A DNA stretch of 61,028 nucleotides from FCB group bacterium (GTDB lineage: Bacteria > Fidelibacterota > Marinisomatia > Marinisomatales > JAADGP01): positions 1-61,028 of the forward strand of contig JAADGP010000043.1 of the NCBI GenBank assembly GCA_013152315.1. Reading direction: 5' to 3'. The position numbers were made by a program, and so were the translations under genes. Below, piece after piece: positions 56,194-61,028 of the stretch (position 1 is its first letter; every line of letters starts with the position of its first letter). The notes beneath the pieces were generated by a model. The model was not told the origin of the DNA. It saw only the letters and a list, made by a program, of their open reading frames with translations, and made no database searches.

Positions 56194-57363
56194 ATGGTGA
56201 CTTTAAAACTTGCGTATAAAAATATTATCGGCGCCGGACTACGTACCTGGTTGAATGTGGTGGTGCTTTCGTTTTCCTTTGTTCTGATCATATGGACACA
56301 GGGGCTGTATAAAGGGATGAATCAACAGGCCTCCCGGGCAATGAAGGAAATGGAACTGGGGGGTGGACAATTCTGGCATCCTGAATACGATCCTTACGAT
56401 CCGTTGACATTGGAAGATAGCCACGGCCCCATTCCGGAAGAATTACAAGTGCTTATCGATAAGGGTGAAGCGGTACCGATTTTAATCACTTCGGCCACCA
56501 TTTATCCCGATGGTCGGTTCCAAACCGTTCAATTGAAGGGGATATTGCCGGAACAATCTATTTTGGGGTTACCAACCGGATCGCTAAGAAACGGACAGGA
56601 ACTCCCGGTATTGATCGGGACCCGGATGGCCAAGAGCGCCAATCTTGACATCGGGGATTACTTTACCATTCGTTGGCGGGATGCCCGGGGAGTTTTCGAT
56701 GCAATTGACGGCAAGGTGGTAAACATTTTTCGAACGACGGTGGGCGCTGTTGACAGGGGCCAGATTTGGGTTCCCATTGATCGTTTGCGGGAAATGTTGG
56801 GTATGCCCGGTGAGGGCACGATCGTGGTAATCGGCAAGGATACCGTCGTGCCCGAAAAGGCAGGGGATTGGGTATTCCGTAATCTGGATTATTTATTACG
56901 GGAGATTGCCGAGGTAATCCGAACGAAAAAAGTCGGAGCGAGTATTATGTACGCCTTACTGTTATCGATGGCCCTGTTGGCCATCTTTGACACCCAGGTA
57001 TTATCTCTTTTTCGGCGCAGGAAGGAAATGGGTACTTTAATGGCCTTGGGGATGACCAGGGGGATGCTGATTCGAATATTCACTTTGGAAGGCGCCTTCC
57101 ACGGTATACTGGCCGTTCTGGTGGGAGCGGTCTATGGTGTCCCGTTGCTTATATGGTTCGAAAAAAATGGTTGGCCCCTGCCGGATTATGCCGACGATTT
57201 CGGAATGGCGCTGGGGAATACCCTATATCCCATTTACGGTGCCTGGTTAGTGATCGGCACAACATTACTGATTTTATTGGCCGTTACTATTGTCAGTTTT
57301 CTCCCGACCCGCAGGATCGCGAAACTCAAACCGACCGATGCCTTGAGGGGGAAAATATCATGA
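56194..57363 (+). CDS. ABC transporter permease, FtsX/MacB-LolCE type
   Basis: 389 aa with TM1, a large periplasmic domain and three C-terminal TMs (the FtsX fold layout). Confidence 0.85.
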   Translation: MVTLKLAYKNIIGAGLRTWLNVVVLSFSFVLIIWTQGLYKGMNQQASRAMKEMELGGGQFWHPEYDPYDPLTLEDSHGPIPEELQVLIDKGEAVPILITSATIYPDGRFQTVQLKGILPEQSILGLPTGSLRNGQELPVLIGTRMAKSANLDIGDYFTIRWRDARGVFDAIDGKVVNIFRTTVGAVDRGQIWVPIDRLREMLGMPGEGTIVVIGKDTVVPEKAGDWVFRNLDYLLREIAEVIRTKKVGASIMYALLLSMALLAIFDTQVLSLFRRRKEMGTLMALGMTRGMLIRIFTLEGAFHGILAVLVGAVYGVPLLIWFEKNGWPLPDYADDFGMALGNTLYPIYGAWLVIGTTLLILLAVTIVSFLPTRRIAKLKPTDALRGKIS

Positions 57364-58634
57364 TGCGTTTTTTACTGAAAGGGCTGATCCGGGATCGTTC
57401 CCGTAGTTTATTCCCCTTGTTGATCGTTACGATGGGTGTTTCCATTACCGTTTTGGTTGTTTGTTGGGTTAACGGCGCGGGAGGGGATGTCATTCGCACG
57501 AACGCGCGCTTTTTTACCGGGCACGTGAAAATAATGACCCGGGCCTACGCTGAACAGGCCGATCAAATGCCGAATGATTTGGCGTTGCTTAAAGTAAACG
57601 AACTAATTGCCGGTTTGAAAAAACGCTATCCCCAGGTGCGTTGGGTACCAAGGATACGTTTTGGCGGGTTGCTTGATATCCCGGATGAGCAGGGCGAAAC
57701 AAGAACCCAGGGACCGGTTATGGGGTTGGCTGTTGATCTGATCAATGCGGAGAGCCGCGAAGTGAAAATGTTAAATCTGGAAAAAGCCCTTGTGCGGGGC
57801 CGGTTACCCCGGGCACCCATGGAAATCCTGATCAGCGATGAATTTGCCAAAAAACTTGGTGTTCCCCTCAATGAACCGGCCACGTTGATCGGATCGACCA
57901 TGTACGGCGGTCTTGCCATGCAGAATTTTATCGTGGTAGGAACGGTCCGGTTCGGTATCGCGCCCATGGATCGGGGAGCTATGATTGCCGATATTTCCGG
58001 CGTTCAATCGGCTTTGGCCATGGACGATGCCGCCGGGGAAGTGCTGGGATTCTTTAGAAATGATTTGTATGACCCTGCTACCGCCCATCGAATACAATCG
58101 GAATTCAATCGGCGATTTGAAGGTAACGACGACGAATTCACTCCCGTAATGCTTACCTTGGAAGATCAGAATGATCTGGGTACAGCGCTTCGCATATTCG
58201 AATCCGCTTCATCTATTATGATATTCATTTTTGTAATGGTAATGTCGATTGTTTTATGGAATACCGGTCTAATGGGGAGTCTTAGGCGCTATGGCGAAAT
58301 GGGCGTTCGCCTGGCGATAGGAGAAAGTAAAGGTCATATCTACGGTACTTTGATTCTGGAAGCATTGGTAATCGGATTTGTCGGCTCCGTCGCCGGGACG
58401 ATGCTTGGACTAAGCGCCGCTTATTACCTGCAGGTCCATGGGGTTGATATCAGCGGTATGGTGAAAAATTCGTCCGTTTTGATGTCCAACGTCATGCGTG
58501 CTAAAATATCGCCCTCCAGTTATTATATCGGGTTTATTCCGGGTTTTCTGGCAACAGTGTTGGGTAGCATGATATCCGGGATTGGGATATTTAAACGCCA
58601 AACAGCACAGCTTTTTAAGGAATTGGAGGTTTGA
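57360..58634 (+). CDS. ABC transporter permease, FtsX/MacB-LolCE type (paralog)
   Basis: ATG 57360 forms an ATGA overlap with the upstream stop (MMRFLLKGLIRDRSRS...). Same TM-periplasmic-3TM layout. The N-terminal extension from 57153 was rejected. Confidence 0.85.
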   Translation: MMRFLLKGLIRDRSRSLFPLLIVTMGVSITVLVVCWVNGAGGDVIRTNARFFTGHVKIMTRAYAEQADQMPNDLALLKVNELIAGLKKRYPQVRWVPRIRFGGLLDIPDEQGETRTQGPVMGLAVDLINAESREVKMLNLEKALVRGRLPRAPMEILISDEFAKKLGVPLNEPATLIGSTMYGGLAMQNFIVVGTVRFGIAPMDRGAMIADISGVQSALAMDDAAGEVLGFFRNDLYDPATAHRIQSEFNRRFEGNDDEFTPVMLTLEDQNDLGTALRIFESASSIMIFIFVMVMSIVLWNTGLMGSLRRYGEMGVRLAIGESKGHIYGTLILEALVIGFVGSVAGTMLGLSAAYYLQVHGVDISGMVKNSSVLMSNVMRAKISPSSYYIGFIPGFLATVLGSMISGIGIFKRQTAQLFKELEV

Positions 58635-58691
58635 CGTGGTTATGGAAAAAGAATTTATTTTACGTCGGTCTATACGAATAAGGGGCATTAT

Positions 58692-59429
58692 ATGAAGAAT
58701 GGTATTTTACCGTTATTGGGTTTGGTCCTGTCCATATTGCACGCTCAGTACCCTCCGGCGGAAGAAATATTAAAAAAAATCGATGCCAACCTGGTTTCGA
58801 AAAATCGTGTTGCCGTTACGACCATGATTATTCACGGACGGAGGGGCAGCAGATCGGTGTCGGCGAAATCCTGGATTCAGGGTGATGAAAAGTCGTTTAC
58901 CGAATATCTGGCTCCGCCCCGTGAGAAAGGGACTAAAATGTTAAAGATCGGTGACCGGTTGTGGATGTATTCTCCCGCCACCGACCGGATTATACGGATT
59001 GCCGGGCATATGTTGCGCCAGTCGCTCATGGGATCGGATTTGTCTTACGAAGATATGATGGAAGATCCGAAACTGAGCAATTTGTATAACGCGGAAATCG
59101 TGGGATCGGAAGAGTTGAATAACCGTGATTGCTGGGTACTGGAATTAACCGCCAGGACCACCGATGTGGCTTACTATTCTCGGAGGGTGTGGGTGGATAA
59201 GGAACGATCGCTCGTGCTGAAGGAAAATCGCTATGCCAAATCCGGTAAACTTTTGAAAACCACTGAGGTAAAGGAAGTATTTCCGGTTGACGGGCGATGG
59301 TATCCGAAAAAAATCCTGTTCAAAGATATGTTGTCCAAAGGGAAAGGAACGGAATTAATCATCGAGTCGATCGAATTCGATGTGCCGATTCCGGATTATA
59401 TTTTTTCCAAAGCGGCGCTCAGGAAATGA
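58692..59429 (+). CDS. LolA-like outer-membrane lipoprotein-sorting protein
   Basis: 245 aa with a signal peptide (LPLLGLVLSILHAQ). The pattern ...YSRRVWVDKERSLVLKENRYAKSGKLLK... is typical of LolA-like proteins encoded next to FtsX-type ABC systems. Confidence 0.7.
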   Translation: MKNGILPLLGLVLSILHAQYPPAEEILKKIDANLVSKNRVAVTTMIIHGRRGSRSVSAKSWIQGDEKSFTEYLAPPREKGTKMLKIGDRLWMYSPATDRIIRIAGHMLRQSLMGSDLSYEDMMEDPKLSNLYNAEIVGSEELNNRDCWVLELTARTTDVAYYSRRVWVDKERSLVLKENRYAKSGKLLKTTEVKEVFPVDGRWYPKKILFKDMLSKGKGTELIIESIEFDVPIPDYIFSKAALRK

Positions 59430-59520
59430 AAGAATCTATTGTCTTAATAATCGGACTGTAATTTTCCTATCGGAGCTATAAAGGGTCCAATCCTTTGTGT
59501 CCCACGTGGTAAATTAACTT

Positions 59521-59584
59521 CACGCTTCCCCGACAGTCGCTACGTTCCTTCGGGATCTCCACTACGTTCCGACACGTATCATGT
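59521..59584 (+). repeat. family-2 element
   Basis: CACGCTTCCCCGACAGTCGCTACGTTCCTTCGGGATCTCCACTACGTTCCGACACGTATCATG. Confidence 0.85.
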
Positions 59585-59655
59585 TTTAAATCCTGTTTTT
59601 CAGCCTTCGTCTGCACTTTATTAAGCAATAGTGGCTTTATATTTTATTTTTGATC

Positions 59656-59688
59656 ATTTCCCCGGCACTTTGAAAGTGCCGGGGAAAT
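59656..59688. terminator. bidirectional terminator hairpin between convergent genes
   Basis: 16-nt arms ATTTCCCCGGCACTTT / AAAGTGCCGGGGAAAT form a GC-rich core with A/T-rich flanks on both sides. It lies between the stops at 59429 (+) and 59704 (-). Confidence 0.7.
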
Positions 59689-59703
59689 AGGAAATAAGGC
59701 CGG

Positions 59704-60840
59704 TTAGGTTTCGTCAAATATTGTCGTAATCTTATAGACCACTCCTCTGTCCCTAAGGTAATTGAGCACGAAATTAAAATTTTCTGGATCGGAACCTACA
59801 TATTCCGGGGGACAGATTCCTTTCCGCTTTATTTTTCCTCTCAACAACAAACCGGCGACGGCCGTGCAGGTATAGCCCGTTGTACGTGCCATGGAAAGGG
59901 TTCGCGTGGTTTTATCATACCGGTCAAACAATTCATAGGTGTACGTTTTCTTTTCTCCTTTATGGGAACCGGTTATCGTGATCCTCATAACGGTCAGATC
60001 TTCCTCACCCGGGCTTAATTTCCATTTGGATGTCAATAATTTACCGGTAAGGTCAAGGGGTCTGACCGGATATCCGTTAATTTCAATCTCTTTGGTGCTG
60101 AAAAAGCCGCTTTCACGAAGGACTTTCACATATTCAATCGTGCCGGGATACCGCAGGGTCTTTTCGATCATATCGGGAATATCCATGGTACGAATTAAAG
60201 TGCGCAAGCCATCGGTATTCCACGCCTCCAAGGTACCAACCCGATCAAAATAAACCAGTTCGGGGTCGGTTAGAGGTTCCTTGATGACGATATTGCCGTT
60301 TTCGACGAAACGTGCCGGCCGGATGTATTCCTCGATTACATCGAGGGGAGAAAAGACCGCTTTGTATTCGAAAGGCCATTCCCGGATGACCGGCAAACCG
60401 CCCACCAAACATTTGAAGGAGGTTACCGTCATCTGTCCCTGATGATAACCAAGAATCAGATTTCCCATTCCCGGGGCTAAGCCGCAATCGACAACGGCGG
60501 TTACGTTTTGTTTTTTCGCCAACTCGTCCAGGGTGAACGGATCTTCCGGGAAAAATGATATGTCAACAATATCCTTTCCGGCCGTGATAACGTTTTTCAC
60601 CAGTTTATAACCCATGTGACCGGGGACCGCCCCGATGACGATATCGAAATCCTTAACAATTGATTTTACCGCTGTGGAATCCGACAAATCGGCCCGGATG
60701 GTTTTTATCTTATGCAAATCGTTCAGGGCGTTTAGGGCTTTCGCAGCGATGTCCACCACCGTCACGTCGTATTGTTTATGAAGATCAATGGCTATGGCTT
60801 TGCCAACCAATCCCGCGCCTAAAAGAATAACTTTTCGCAT
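59704..60840 (-). CDS. saccharopine dehydrogenase family oxidoreductase
   Basis: 378 aa with N-terminal Rossmann motif KVILLGAGLVGKAIA and a saccharopine-DH-like C-terminal domain. Confidence 0.8.
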   Translation of the reverse strand: MRKVILLGAGLVGKAIAIDLHKQYDVTVVDIAAKALNALNDLHKIKTIRADLSDSTAVKSIVKDFDIVIGAVPGHMGYKLVKNVITAGKDIVDISFFPEDPFTLDELAKKQNVTAVVDCGLAPGMGNLILGYHQGQMTVTSFKCLVGGLPVIREWPFEYKAVFSPLDVIEEYIRPARFVENGNIVIKEPLTDPELVYFDRVGTLEAWNTDGLRTLIRTMDIPDMIEKTLRYPGTIEYVKVLRESGFFSTKEIEINGYPVRPLDLTGKLLTSKWKLSPGEEDLTVMRITITGSHKGEKKTYTYELFDRYDKTTRTLSMARTTGYTCTAVAGLLLRGKIKRKGICPPEYVGSDPENFNFVLNYLRDRGVVYKITTIFDET

Positions 60841-60917
60841 CTTTTTATGAGATCATCATTGTTAATTACAGCGACAAGATAGAGTGAATTTTTGTTATTG
60901 CAAAAATAGTTTGTGAG

Positions 60918-60990
60918 ACGTGATGCGTGATGCGTGAAATGTGTCGTAGCGGAGATTCCGGCGAAGCGTGGCGACTGTCGGGGAAACGTA
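60918..60990 (-). repeat. family-2 element (reverse orientation)
   Basis: The plus strand reads ACGTGATGCGTGATGCGTGAAATGTGTCGTAGCGGAGATTCCGGCGAAGCGTGGCGACTGTCGGGGAAACGTAA, the reverse complement of the consensus including three heptamers. Confidence 0.85.
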
Positions 60991-61028
60991 ATTCGTGAGT
61001 GGTACGTTTTTTGGATTGTTTGACGTTC

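Noticed and set aside
57153-57359. Several ORFs have long N-terminal extensions: 57153 (permease), 35242 (waaA), 39271 (rimO), 51308 (GH114-like), 8627 (OMP), 4597 (typA), 21227 (hutH) and 30755 (crp).
   Set aside because: The extensions overlap the preceding gene or lack homology-like sequence. Internal ATGs give canonical N-termini or signal peptides, and often classic ATGA or short start-stop overlaps.

Overview
This is a gene-dense 61-kb chromosomal segment with about 56 coding regions and no rRNA, tRNA or CRISPR that I can support. It probably comes from an uncultivated Gram-negative bacterium of the FCB-superphylum type. That placement is an inference from a T9SS-type C-terminal sorting domain, a DUF5683-like protein, an LptE-like lipoprotein behind a sigma-54 activator, LPS core genes and TatC. 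Most genes are housekeeping: typA, alaS, guaB, rpsT, amt-glnK, ftsY, rimO, uvrB, galE, asnS, nadE, waaA and dinG. Seven things stand out. (1) A REP-associated tyrosine transposase (RAYT) gene sits inside arrays of two related GTACG-initiated palindromic units, and satellite clusters of the same units occur at two other intergenic sites. (2) A second, unrelated dispersed intergenic element of about 65 nt (a hairpin plus heptad-periodic arms) is present in about 9 copies. (3) An AT-rich 'mobile mystery protein A/B' module (XRE-HTH plus Fic) has a perfect 14-bp inverted-repeat operator over its promoter. (4) An archease-RtcB-macrodomain operon lies divergent from a Crp/Fnr regulator. (5) A 2x[4Fe-4S] ferredoxin gene is translationally coupled to a geranylgeranyl-reductase-family gene, an archaeal-style pairing. 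(6) A TetR-headed six-gene envelope cluster encodes a beta-barrel, a LolD-like ATPase, two FtsX permeases and a LolA-like protein. (7) A fused, asymmetric two-domain ABC ATPase has no permease partner and lies in an LPS/lipid gene row. All functional calls come from motif-level reading of the translated ORFs. No database search was run.
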